A DNA stretch of 63,789 bases, the filler included, from Choristocarpus tenellus KU-1152 (taxonomy: Eukaryota > Protista > Phaeophyceae): assembly GCA_964200185.2 (NCBI GenBank). It is 12 parts of 12 records of this genome, joined end to end, with 100 filler letters (N's around TTAATTAATTAA, not from the genome) between each part and the next. Parts side by side here need not be neighbours in the genome. Positions count along the whole stretch, not along the records: positions 49,123 to 53,455 come from CAXNAD020015073.1; positions 53,556 to 58,276 come from CAXNAD020013341.1; positions 58,377 to 61,060 come from CAXNAD020025679.1; positions 61,161 to 63,789 come from CAXNAD020026137.1; 8 more parts are not named here. One strand, 5' to 3'. Position 1 is the first letter of the stretch. The number at the start of each line of letters is the position of its first letter. Below, one piece after another: positions 51,552-63,789 of this stretch. The translations under genes and the position numbers were made by a program. The notes beneath the pieces were generated by a model that did no database searches, was not told the origin of the DNA, and saw nothing but the letters and a program-made list of their open reading frames with translations.

Positions 51552-53455
51552 TGTTCGATTAGACTCTTCCAACTCTATCGGACAGTTATGGTAAAATATG
51601 TATGGAGTAACGGAACAATCAATTAGTGGTTGAGTTATCAGAACCTTTTACTAGTGACTAGTAGTATGATAATTTTTCTCATATAAAAGGAAATATTTCT
51701 GATTTTATGGGGTGTTGCATGCCCCACTTAACTTTAATCAATCGCTCTACAGACACCAAGCAATCTCGCTGAGTTTATCACCTTTATCCTCTTTGATGAT
51801 TTGGGAGATAGTTTAACACAGTATATTGAACCTTAGGTTTCTAACCCATCATTTCATCATGTCTACACGAGGAGATGCGATTCATTAATTCCGGGAACTT
51901 GTTCCTTCCGAGGGCCCATCTGTACAAGAATGTAGACAGCTTATGGCGACAATAGCGGAGCTGTCAAGAAACACTGGCAATCTCATGGTTCAGTCTGAAA
52001 GAGTCGGCGACGGAAATCATCCCGTCGTCCAGGCCGCTGTGCCTAGCACACAGCCTCCGGCTGGGGACGTACCAGTCGAACTGGGTCCTATGGAACCCAT
52101 GTTGAGGGCAAATTTTCCTGAGAGGGAAAACAGTTTGGATGCTGTGAGCATCAGAAGTGGGGTGAGCCGGAGGTCCGGTTCTTCTGAGAGCTTGGGGTCA
52201 GGCGCACATATTGTTCGCCCTAAGACTAAGAGATCAAGAACCCAACCACCGAAACTGTTGGACGACTCGGACTACCGGGACTGGCTGAGGTGTTTCATCG
52301 TGCATTGCAGATATACCCACTGCTTGGGTGCTTTGACAAGTGAAAGACCAATCAATCAAGAACGCTCCTACGAGGAAATTCTCTCGGATGGCTTCAGTGC
52401 AAATGATATCTGGATGGCCAAAGAGGCCTTCCACGCACCTACTGTTGCTCTCGTCGCACCCACCACCAGGGCACTATATATATGCACCAAAGCCCGAGCG
52501 AGCTTTTCCGAGCAATATGATTGGTTCATGCCTAATGCAGTGGGTATTAGCCAACATTTGTTCCGTGAGTTTTTCACTTCAAAGGTGGAGAAGGGGGCGA
52601 TTCCGATCCTGACCTCAAACCACCTGGAAGAGCTACAGGGGAGGATGCTATCAATGGACCTGGTCATCTCGGACAAGCTGCTGCTCCTACAGTTCCTGAG
52701 TGCTCTCGGATCAGATTACGATACCGAGATACGCATGATGGCCTTGTAGAGAACACTATGTCGAGCAGACGTAAAGAAAACTGCTAGAGAGCGATATGCT
52801 TCCCTTCATCAGGAGAAGGACTCAAGACACAAGGTTTGGTGTCAAGTGTTGGGGTTGGCCGCGAGAAAGAAGAATGGATTTTGGACATTGCGGCTTCATG
52901 TCCTATGACAAATATGGTAAATCCATGACAAATTACAAGCGTTGTGTTGGAGACCAAAGGGTAGTCACTGCCTGCCAAAATAACGTTTGTATGGCTGGTC
53001 ATGGTGATCTAATCATCTTGTTTCCGTCACGTGACAACAAGAAGGTAGAAATACTCCTTCAAAATGTTGCCCATGTCCCCGATCTGGGATTCAATCTTTT
53101 TTCTTGCCAAGCAGCAGCTGATAAGGGTGCAAAAGCCATTTTCACAGCCAGTACATTCTCATTGTTAGATGGAATACTTACCTTCACAAGAGATCCTGGT
53201 TGTCATTACACTCTCCATGGTCAACGCATATTGCCGCGACCAGATCGAAATGCTGAAGTTGCTTTAAAGGCCATAGCCCCCTTGCTTGCACCCCACGCTC
53301 CCCACACGGAGATCGACATTAACGTCTTCCACTGCTCTTATGGCCATGCACACGAGGCATTGCTCAAGTCCACTGCCACTTCAATGGGCATTACATTGGT
53401 GGGTGAGCTGGAGCCATGTGTGGGCTGCTCTATGAGCAAGGGCATACGGAAGGGC
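51552..53455 (+). mobile_element. Ty1/Copia element 5' half: LTR (51552-~51830), gag (51943-52749), protease and pre-integrase region; zinc knuckles deleted
   Basis: TG-starting LTR shared with 48962. Gag homologous to the 9817 copy (QFLSALGSDYDTEIRMMA). 'WILDIAASCPMT', 'LQNVAHVPDLGFNLFS', and HHCC-like 'FHCSYGH...CVGC'. Confidence 0.92.
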
Positions 53456-53555
53456 NNNNNNNNNNNNNNNNNNNNNNNNNNNNNNNNNNNNNNNNNNNNT
53501 TAATTAATTAANNNNNNNNNNNNNNNNNNNNNNNNNNNNNNNNNNNNNNNNNNNN

Positions 53556-54600
53556 GTCATGCCATCTGCAGAAGAGGCTTCGGTGCTATCCCTACTGCCT
53601 TCTGGAGTTACGGTTGGGGGATCCAGGTGGTCGTCGTCGGCCACATCCATCCCGGACCCGCTCAAGTCCCTTTGAGATTGATTTTTGGAGGCTAGACCAA
53701 CCAGACCACACTCGACGAGACGATGGGGGCGAAAGTTGAGGAGATTGATCACCTGCTCTAGCTGTGCGGGAGTGATGACCACACCGTGAGCCACCCTAAG
53801 GCACCGTGAAGCTTCCGTGTAGAGTCCACCAAGCACAGGTTTCTTGACGCCACACAGCGGGATACCCATATCGTCGTGGTCCTGATGCTCTTGTTCATTA
53901 TTGTTGTTGAAGACGTTGACTTGCAGCGGACATGAGTTGCTGCCGTTCATTATGTCTTCATTTTCGGCGTTTGTGAAGGTAGAACAAAGGCCATTGGTGA
54001 TGCTCTGTCGTGATCGATGGGGGTACACAGAGGCAGAGTTATCATTCAGCCCACCCACAGAGCGTCGCCAAGGAATCTGGGGTTTGTGTTGATCTACTTG
54101 GGATTCGTTCATGATCTAGATTGTGGAGAACAGGTTCCTTGTTGACGAGACTGGTATATATGTGTAGAGTGGTGAAATTCGGTCTTGTTGTTCCGCTTAA
54201 TGACCAGAGGAGTCAATTCTAGAAAATTTACTATTGAAACAACTTCGAAAAGTAAAAAAAGTTGTAGGTGAGAACGATCATGGATCAGTCTGCAAACAGG
54301 AAATACACCTTTCATCCAACCCAAACCACGTAGGAAGGAAAGAGAACCAGGACCTCGTCTTGAGAGATAGTACATTTTAAGGACTTTCTCAGTAACAAAT
54401 CTGCTTAGCTCGAACCCACCATCATCTTCCATTGTGCCATCACATTCTTCTCGAACATGAATGTACAAGGGAGGAGGAGAAGAAGGCCATACATAGTTTG
54501 GGTAACAGGAAGGTCGTGTGGCCAGTCCAATGGACTTCCTGAATTCGGGACTAGTTGAGGACCCCCTTCTCATGAATGTTTCTACAAGAATATACTTGCC
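53556..54600 (-). CDS. Possible coding exons of an unidentified gene
   Basis: About 185 open codons (54112 to contig edge) plus an upstream open segment after TCACAAG. No recognisable domain; splicing unresolved. Confidence 0.3.
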
Positions 54601-54644
54601 TTGTGACGAACGGAAGTAGTACATCAGAAATGGAAGGATACGGT

Positions 54645-55400
54645 CCTTGGAAGCCCATGTTGTGTTGTTTGTTGTGCTTGTACTCCAACCCTCAATCGTG
54701 ATCCCAAACTACTCAAGGTTATCTCGCAGGCACATTCACCAGTGTTTCTCCTGTCGACCTTGCTTCTGTTCTCCTCCAGCAACTTCCAAAAACACCTTCG
54801 TTAGTCACTTATCCCTATGCATGTACCTTACCCTGTCAAGGAATAATGTCGCTCCCAACTTTACAAAACATATTTGTACGGCAGTGTGTGGTCGGCACGT
54901 TACTGTTTACCAAACCCGATGCAGCGTAGTAGTATTGTGTGGTGGTGAGAGCGAAGGTTCACATGGTTGGACCTGATGGGGTGTCGATGTCACACAGTCA
55001 TAGGAAAGGACCAGAGTTCTTCAGTATTGACCATGCGAATCATATGCTCAAGCGATACTGTCACTGGTGGTTTTGTTGTATAGTACTTCGCTGTACTTGC
55101 GGCAGCAACCCAGACTTTTGAACCCATCCGCTCATCTCATTTCAGCTTGATCACCGACAGTGCCTTCAAAGAAACTGTCAATCTACTGTGTAGTACACCT
55201 CGTTGATAAAAAGCTCGTTGTTGGGCAGATATAACTTTGCCGTTTATCTCCCGAACGAGTGAAATAATTTGAGGATAAACCAGAAAATTATGGATAGCCT
55301 GGTTGGAATGGTTCACTGATACTCCTGCCATTCAAAAGAGCAGTTGTCCGCTTGCCAACTTTACCGTTGGGGGTGTGGTAAAAGCTTCTGCCACGTACCC
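54645..55400 (-). mobile_element. Degenerate RTE LINE 3' fragment
   Basis: Minus-strand 'HHHTILLRCIGF' and 'FGITIEGWSTST' parallel the 3' end of the RTE at 12740-13060. Confidence 0.7.
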
Positions 55401-57422
55401 AACAGACAGTTGTTCGATAAATCCGACCATGTTTTACTTTGCCAGACGTAATCCAGAATTGCATGAGTACTATTGCCTGGTGTGTTGCCGTAGTCGGGAT
55501 TTCCTTGTGTTCAACGTTGTGATCACACACTTATATGAGTAGCAAATATCATGATAAGGTAGATGAAGTAGTTATGTTCTCGTTCATTGACTTAACAGTC
55601 CCCAAGACAAAGTTTCCGCATCATACTGATGTGGCGGGGCCAAATAGGGAGAGTTAGAGATCCGTTCCTTCTTCGGAGCCAAAACAATCGAGACGTAGGC
55701 AGATTTGGACCCTTTTGCATTTTAAGTCATCTTCTTTGTCTCTGCAATATAGTCTATTTCATTGCTTCATGTGCACAATAATACACCCAAAATTGTTGTT
55801 ACCCCCTTCCACGCATATAGTGACATCACAACTTAGCAAAGAGTATTTCTACAATTGTACGAAATGGAGTCGCAAGTCGTTTTTTCCTTTCTCGGGATCG
55901 TTGAAATACAACCCTGCCTAGCTCTCGATTGGTTTGGCTCTTCAGTTGCACCGTATGTTGGGCAGGTGCAGGTTGGTTTGACCTTTACCGCCACTATACA
56001 AATGAGACAAATCAATTGAGAGGTGGGCAGGTTTGGACCCTTTTGCATTCTGAGCATCCTTTCTTACCCTGTGCAATACACTCTATTTCGTTGCTTAATG
56101 TGGACAATGATGTATGCCAAATCGATATTCCCCTTTTCCACTCACAAAGTGACATGATGATGTAACAAGTGCTCGATCTGAAAATTGCATAAAATGTTAC
56201 TACCCCTTCTTGGGATCCATAAAATGCACACCTGCCTAGCTTCCAGTTTGTTTGACTCAATTTATATCGATGCATATACTCCCTGGTATACTTTTGGTGG
56301 TTGACTAGAGGAGTGGGAAGAAGGGAAGGAAATAGTTGTGTATGACCTTCTGTTGAGAATCATGGTTCCTAGTTTTCAATGCAATCTCTTTGTAGTGCTA
56401 ATCAGCTTTTTGTCTACTTTGAGGAGGGAGTGGGGGGTAAGTTACTACTCATCAGTCACTTTGATTGGGCTCACACCAATAGATTTCTTCGTGCATCTTG
56501 CCTACTCAGTACTTTTTGGTGGAAACATTTTTTCCTTTGAGTGTCAACCCTCCTGTTGATAGGGACAGTCCTGTGGTCTTCCTATGTGATCCGTGAGGAG
56601 AACAGGAGATGGTGGGGTGAGCAAACTTGGGGTAGGCACCAATAATGTATATGCTCCACACCATTGTTTGTCAGAGTAGTATATATTTCTTCAGTTTGGG
56701 CGATTGTTTATTCCCGTTGTACTCTACGCATCTCACAAGGTGTACACAACTTGTGGGGCAGGGGGACCTCCACATGCTGTACCCACGTATGTGAGGAGTG
56801 TAATGTTCTGTTGCCGATATATATAGCTGCGCTTGTCAATAATCTACTTCATTGTTGTATCATAAGGATTCCAATTCCGTTTCTGGACGGAGGAAGGGAT
56901 GAGGGGGTTGGGGCCAGTTGAAAGGAGCCAGGGAGTATTTTATGACTCTCATCAATGCACATGACACTTCAAGCAACCACTATTATTTCAATGTATTGTG
57001 ATTGTGCGTGGTATAGATGTGCACTACGAGCTCTCTTCCGTGTATAGCTTAAATCTTTCAAGCCAGTGACAAAATAGTAAAAGTGTCATATCTTTTTTGG
57101 GATTATTTTTACAAGCATTTGGACCAAGGGTTTGTAGTAAGTTTTCTACCACAGAAACTTCTGTGCTGTGGTGCGAGAAGTAACCTTTCATCCAATGCCG
57201 CTACCGCATGCTGGCCATGCATCACCTCATGATGAGTTATGGAAAAATGTGCTGGCATAAGTGATTTGAGTCTTCTCAGGAATCGAAGTAAATGACATGT
57301 ACCCAGAGTTGTATTTTTAGGATGCTGACAACTATGTGCAGAATTCATTTGTTTGTATAAATACATATATATAGGAAAATTGTTAATTCTGCCAATCATT
57401 TCCACACATGAAATAAATTTAT

Positions 57423-57667
57423 AGTATCTTAGAGGGTAGCGCCGCGTCCATTTGGGGGTGAAAATCCAATGTTGTGATTTTGATGTAATTTTGGCTATCG
57501 TACTTGTTAGGAAGTATCAATATCCATGTTTCGGACACAAATTTTCATAACGTATACATTTTACCTATTCCTAAACATTTTGGAGTAGGAAAATGTTCAA
57601 AAAAAAATGGGAAGCCAAGCCCCAAATGGACAGGGCAAAACTCGTACCCTCTAAGATACTTTCACTC
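57423..57667 (-). mobile_element. Near full-length hairpin MITE (opposite orientation to the 13207 copy)
   Basis: AGTATCTTAGAGGGTA ... TACCCTCTAAGATACT perfect 16-bp TIR; imperfect internal hairpin ACATTTTACCTATTCC/GGAGTAGGAAAATGT. Confidence 0.88.
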
Positions 57668-58206
57668 AAACATTCTCAAATCAATCTTAGCACTTCATCC
57701 AAAAGAATAAAGGGTATTTCTGAGAGATGAAAAAAGTGGCTTCAATTGGAAAACGACCAAAACATAGATACCTCTCGTTACTTTGGGTCCCTTTCGACTG
57801 GTCAGTACCTCACGCTCCACAGCAGCTGCCGTTCTCAATCATACCTAACCCCAGATCCCCTCCACACCATAGGATATATTATATATTGCCAAATCCTGGA
57901 GCTTAACATCCCTGTCATTCTCATTATTGATGCTGCTAATTATAAATTCATTTTCACTTCAGTCTGGAAACTAGCCAGACCTATCGTCAGAGGCAGGCAC
58001 TGCACACTGCAGTACTATCATTGTGCTATGACCAATTGCACAACCTCCACTTGCTTCTCGCATCTTGCACGTTAGGTCGGATATCCCATAGCTTGTGTTC
58101 CCCCTCCACCCTCGAATCTTGCACTGTCCTCGCTTGGAAGTGTGGGCTTCGTGATCAAGCCTTGCCACCAGCTTTGTTTCAGATTTCTACCACTTTTGTG
58201 GTGTGT

Positions 58207-58276
58207 GTGTATGTATGTATGTATGTATGTATGTATGTATGTATGTATGTATGTATGTATGTATGTATGTATGTAT
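58207..58276. repeat. (TATG)n microsatellite at contig end
   Basis: Visible tetranucleotide run. Confidence 0.97.
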
Positions 58277-58376
58277 NNNNNNNNNNNNNNNNNNNNNNNN
58301 NNNNNNNNNNNNNNNNNNNNTTAATTAATTAANNNNNNNNNNNNNNNNNNNNNNNNNNNNNNNNNNNNNNNNNNNN

Positions 58377-58910
58377 CTTCCACTTCGCTGTGTTTCACAC
58401 CATCCTCGTCAGCCCATACCTGTGCAAAGGTGGCGACAGTGGGTGGGGAAGGATGAGTTGACGAGATGCAAAAAAACACTGGACTGAATATGGGCGGTAA
58501 CAAATGAAAATAACGTTTTTGAAGGCGCTTGAACAACCAGTCAGTGCAAAGATAGACGTTTTGGCGAAAATTCACTACTTAGGGATATTCTAGAACATTA
58601 CATATCGTGCCAGAATGGTGTAAGAAGTGGTGCTTTTGGCTCGTCTGAACTCAGCAGACGTACCCAAGAAAATGTTTGTAATTCGCAAGTAGAGTTTGGC
58701 GATGCATTTTAATGCGGATAGAAAATAGGTCATACGGTTGAAGAAATTCAGGTTTGTGATGAGCATACGACTAAATGTTTTGTTGGTCTCAAGGAAGATC
58801 CAAATATACAACCAGAGTAGAGATGTTAAAGTACTGACCTTTGCAATGACGGTCTGCACTGGAAGAACCTTGGGTTCCTTCCGCAACTGCTCCTCTTCCT
58901 GGCCCACAAA
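58377..58910 (-). CDS. Two small exons of an unidentified gene (58839-58910, 58377-58419)
   Basis: TTTTAACAG|FVGQEEEQLRKEPKVLPVQTVIAK|GTCAGT ... TTTGCACAG|VWADEDGVKHSEVE; canonical sites, in frame. Confidence 0.5.
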
Positions 58911-59292
58911 CTGTTAAAACGCTAGTAAACCCCTGAGCTACCGAGCGACTGTTCTGTACTACGGTTTCTGATGGTAATTGATGCGGTGATGATGAACTTG
59001 TGAAAGTAACGTCCAGAGCGTAACAGACCAACGAACAGTCAGTGTTGATTGGTGGAACGGTATCATATCAAGGAATAAACAGATGAGTGGCCTATGTTTT
59101 AACAATAAACCTGTCCTGTGGACAAAGACGTTGCTGAAGTCCCAAGGCAATAGACTCGTACGAGAGGGAAGCATAGTTGGAGGAGTTGTTATAAATTGTC
59201 GTGAGCAATGTTTCGAAAAAACTCATTCCCATTGCAATTTCATCGTGATGTAGCTGTTAGCATGGGTTGGAACAACTTGCGTGACGCATGTT

Positions 59293-59657
59293 ACTAAGTG
59301 AGGCAGAAACGCAGGAAGAATAAGATGCGAGGAAGGAGGGGATTGATCCAAGATTGAACAAGAGTCCTTCGCCCTGGTCTCATTGTACTAAGTGCATGTG
59401 AAGAAACAGATGTGAGTAAATAATAAGAGTATTATGTGAATGTTAATTGAGTATGACAAATCGTATTTCCATGTGAATTTCATCGCCGCTTCGGTCAGTT
59501 TGTGTGGGTTGGACCAAGTTACATGATGGATGGTAATAAGTGAGAGGCATAAATGCAGGAAGAATAATGTACGAAGAAGGGGAGAATTGAAATGAAACTG
59601 AACTGGAGTTCTTTGGCCTGATCTTATTGAATGTAGTGCATGGAAAAAAGCAGATGC
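59293..59657 (+). repeat. Diverged ~120-bp direct duplication (59293-59412 and 59535-59657)
   Basis: Shared TAAGTGAG..GCA.AAA.GCAGGAAGAATAA...AGTGCATG..A.AA.CAGATG. Confidence 0.7.
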
Positions 59658-62600
59658 TGAATGGGATATGTTAACGATTGTAGCATTATATAGTGCTTCG
59701 GAAAACTTTTGGGGGCTCTAAAAAATCGAGGTGTATGTACTTTCACCTTTGAAAACACTTTTCACAATTCACCACTTTGAATTACAGTTTTACACGAGAT
59801 GAAGATATTTTCGCTCTCATAGACACCACAAACATGGAAATTTGCACATCTTGGGGACATCACAAAATGTTTCCCATCTCATAGACTCAAAACACTCTGA
59901 ATGCCTTCCTTGCAAATTGTCCAATTCCCACCAAAAGAGGCGACAACAAATCGAGAGGCCTTGCACATTTGAGCAAGCACTTGCCATGAGCAAGAGAGGC
60001 TGAACTATTACACAAAACGCATGTAAGTCTATACATCCGAAAAGAGTCACATGCTTTTACTCAATACCTCTAAATCATTCAAGGTCCAAATTGCCAGTCA
60101 TTCAACACATGAGGAATATATAGAATAGATATTGGGTCTTAAGGTTGCAATGATCTTTTGGGGAGGCAATTGGCGACAACACATCACAGTGTCTCAAAAC
60201 CCAACAACATTATTATAAACACATTTGAAAGACATGTAATAGGTGGAGACCACTAACAAAAGTATCCCTGAAGTGAAGATGTTCGTGGCAGATTTAGGAA
60301 CACCATGGTTTACGCTCTTTCGTTAAACAATCCTTCAAATATTTCACACCAGGTGATACTCAACTCTAGATATTACTCCCCCCCATCATCTCCTCGAAAC
60401 GTTTGAAACGGTTTCCATCTTCCAACTTCCACCAGCTCCATAGCTTGTGGCACGTTTCTGTGAGCATGTGCACAAGTTATAGGCGACGAATATTGGTGGC
60501 TTCACTCCTCTGCTTCCACACTGCAAAGAAACATAGCCTTCCTCTTGATGAGAATATTGATATCCTCCATCTGCAATGTTTGCAATGTTATCTTGCCCCG
60601 TTCATGGCACCCCATCAGGATAGCGCCGTGGACATAGCAACAATCATCCACAACGATGGGTTTCATCTTCATCCCTGTCTTCACTGTCACGAATCCATGC
60701 TCATAAAGCACCTGTTTAAGGACATTGGATGTTACTGTAGGGTTTCTTGTTTTAAAAATGCCGCTCCTGGAGCACTCCTTAGCAAAATATTTTTTCAACA
60801 ACGCATTGGTGCAATCTTGAAGAAATGTTATAGTAACCCCATATTCGATTTTACCAATAGACGTGATGGTTTTCCCCTCATTTCCCACGAAGGGATCATT
60901 CCCCCGCGCACTGACTGATCCCTCTGGCAAAGAGGGACGATAGGGATAGTCCGCCTTCTTGTTGCACAGTGGCACCCTCTCTATCCTGGCTGTTGTTCTC
61001 CCCCTCATCGTGATTTGGTCCCCCATACTACCATTGTTCCCTTTCCCTCTCCCATTGATANNNNNNNNNNNNNNNNNNNNNNNNNNNNNNNNNNNNNNNN
61101 NNNNTTAATTAATTAANNNNNNNNNNNNNNNNNNNNNNNNNNNNNNNNNNNNNNNNNNNNTGGGATGCCTCCCTAGCTCCCCCCCCCGGGGCGCAGGAGT
61201 AGGTAGATGGGAAGCACGGGAAGGTAGTAGTACAATATTGATAGTGGTGAAGTAACTGATAGATCAGTGGTTTTCACACTCGCAGCGTTTTATAGTGATT
61301 TCGCATTTATGATATTTTATTTCTTTAGGCCTTATATTGATATATATATATGTATAGTTTTCATTTTTCTTCCCCCTGACACATCTGCAAAATGTCAGAG
61401 GGCATTATAATATATACAATAGGATCCAAAAAATCGCCGTATGAAAGTACACCCTAATTTGACCTTCACTATTCAATATTATTACCAGATTAACAGTGAA
61501 GAAGTAACTTGGCAACATCCACAAAATAGTACAATATTTAAGTAGTGTGTGTATATAATATATAAAATGTTGAGTGGTTGTGTATCTCGCACCAAATACT
61601 TTGAGGAGATTTCAAGGTACCTATCTATGTATATATTGGGGGGATACATCTACCACGTCATACTTTGTATTACTCTTACCTCCAAAAGCGTCACTCAAAG
61701 ATAAGAATTATCTAAGTTAAACAAAATTAGATGCTATATTTGCATATACATCCGACCTAACAAATAAATGGTACATACGACAGGTCAGTTTTTATAGACT
61801 GCAAAAAGGGGGGGTAGGGTTGCACACAATCAAGCGCTCACACCGAGATGGAGGAACAAAGAGCGCAACAACATGTGTCCTCCAGGCAAGAAAATATCCA
61901 CGCAAAAATAGTAATACACTAGTCTATTTGGTAGTACATTGTACTTCATATTTTACTGTGTTGTAAGGCTGGTGGAGCATAATAGTGAATGAATGTAGAA
62001 AGTCGAAGTTTTATTTACCACGAGGAAATTATCGTTTTCTCCTTGGATAAATTTCATGTGCCTTCCAGTCACCCTCCTGGAGTTAATTTTTTTTAAACTT
62101 TATTCCTCCTGACGACGGTTGTACTCATGCATCCTTCTCTTAGTCCAGGCCGAGAACACCCATAGTAAACATCCAATGCTTTCCTTCCTAAAACCACAAA
62201 ATTATATCCCCCTCGACTTATCGCTCTCATAGAACTAATCCCGAAGTACTTGGGGGAGACTAGGGTAACCGAACGGATTGGTATCAACAACGTGCGCTGA
62301 TGCCGAAAGAGAAGTTACCTACTATATCAACCGCTGCAGCTGCCTCACGAGGACTGCACTATTGGTAGCTTCCTGATGTTGGTACCCTTCAAACAAAAAT
62401 CGGAAAATAATAAGGGGTGTTGTCATATCGTTACTGTTCCAGATGATTTTTCAGAGTGATCAGTACAGGCAGGTACAACATCGACTCAGCTTCCTCACCC
62501 ACACGCTACACAACCGGTATGTATGTTCTGTCAAGTTAATGCCTGAACTCTCCATTATTTAAATGTTTGTTCTAAATTGGTTAGAGTCGAACTGTATTTG

Positions 62601-62932
62601 CTTGTTCCAAATGCCAAAAATAAGCAAATAACAAAATGATGAGGTCGCCATTGTTATAATGACAAGGACTGTGCGTTAAGTGGAACACACTTGATGCTAC
62701 CCCCGCATTAGCTAGCTCTACCATTTGTCATCATCTGAAGTATTAGAACCAAGCTCAGGTGGTCACATGACCCTCTTCTGCCTGGCAAGGACAGAAAACA
62801 AAAATCCACTTCTTTCCTGGTCCTGGAAACCGCTCCAGCTGTTGTTACAATAGTATAGAAACCTCTTGAACTAGTACGTTCTTCCTAAGCCAGGCGATAG
62901 TTCCACCCCCTTGCCTCATACTTCGGAAACCT

Positions 62933-62971
62933 TCACAGTCTCGTGATTACAACACCTCCACCCTTGACATC
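62933..62971 (-). CDS. Possible short terminal exon (DVKGGGVVITRL*)
   Basis: Strong acceptor TTTTCTTGTCGTTGCAG followed by 12 codons and TGA. No domain assignable. Confidence 0.25.
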   Translation of the reverse strand, partial: DVKGGGVVITRL

Positions 62972-63510
62972 CTGCAACGACAAGAAAACAGTGATATAGA
63001 AATGTTACGGACAAAGGTCAACAGTATGCAAGCAACAAAGTTTGATGGGGCATAAGAGGATGGGAAGAAGGGTCCAAAGGAAGCTAGACGTGAAGGCAAC
63101 ATAGCAGGGTACAGGAAAGTGCTAACCCGTTAGAGGACACTAAAAACGACCCTGAGGGCAGGCATGAAGTGCAGCACCCTACCGCCAGGAGGCAGGCACA
63201 GTGTAAACAAACAATGTGTGGGGTGAGGGGAAGACTCCATGAGAGATTCAAGGCTGTCAGTCACATACCCACAGCAGTTAACAACCACAACAGAGGAGAG
63301 TGGGCGAGGGGGGAAGGGGGGTGACAAAGGGTATGACTAAGCTGATGTGAAGTGTCAGGTTAGCGGGGGAAGGGGAAATACCTATGCAAGACAAATTGAT
63401 CTTACGGTTCTCGTTCTACAACGAACTTGAAGAGGCAGACAAACCCCCCTTCGAGAGGGGTACGTGCGTCGGATGGCATAGCTCTTGTAGAGCTGGGGGC
63501 GGCAAAGACC

Positions 63511-63541
<31 letters not shown>

Positions 63542-63789
63542 AAGGAAAACAGATACCTAATAAAAATATATATCTACAGTTGCGCTTGTGTTTGATCCAC
63601 AGGAGGAAAACGGAGGTCCATGCACCTGCCTGCCTGTGCGTGCAATACACAACTCCAACCGTGGGCTGTGCAGAACAAAGAACAAGTGACAAAAACAAGT
63701 GCAGCGATAGAGTCAACCAAGCAAGATCAGATGGGGGGGGGGGGGGGAAGAGGATTAAAAACCTCCTCCACAGCAACATGTTCACCTTC

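Noticed and set aside
5571-61160. TTAATTAATTAA as a biological repeated motif, or gene clustering across the window
   Set aside because: It is always centred in N44 blocks, so it is an artificial six-frame stop linker. Genes on different contigs cannot be called a cluster.

Overview
This is not a contiguous locus. It is 12 short eukaryotic contigs (2.6-10.5 kb) joined by 11 artificial 100-bp linkers (N44-TTAATTAATTAA-N44). Long spliceosomal introns, a TTAGGG run, and RTE-, CRE- and Copia-type retroelements resembling brown-algal families suggest a brown alga or related ochrophyte; this is my inference. Host genes reconstructed by manual splicing are a TPR protein, a secreted bacterial-like metzincin protease (HELGHNFGLVH), a GNAT last exon, a myeloid leukemia factor homologue, an intronless PAS-HisKA-HATPase-REC hybrid histidine kinase, and a DEK/SAP protein carrying an HMG box. 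The rest is mostly decayed TEs (Copia, Gypsy, RTE, CRE-like, DD39D mariner, a hairpin-bearing MITE) and simple repeats. The most unexpected signal is an internally deleted bacterial IS66 element at 31328-31669 (minus strand). It has a GTAA terminus, a Shine-Dalgarno, a tnpA HTH ORF and a tnpC fragment, and it joins eukaryotic-looking DNA at its putative left end.
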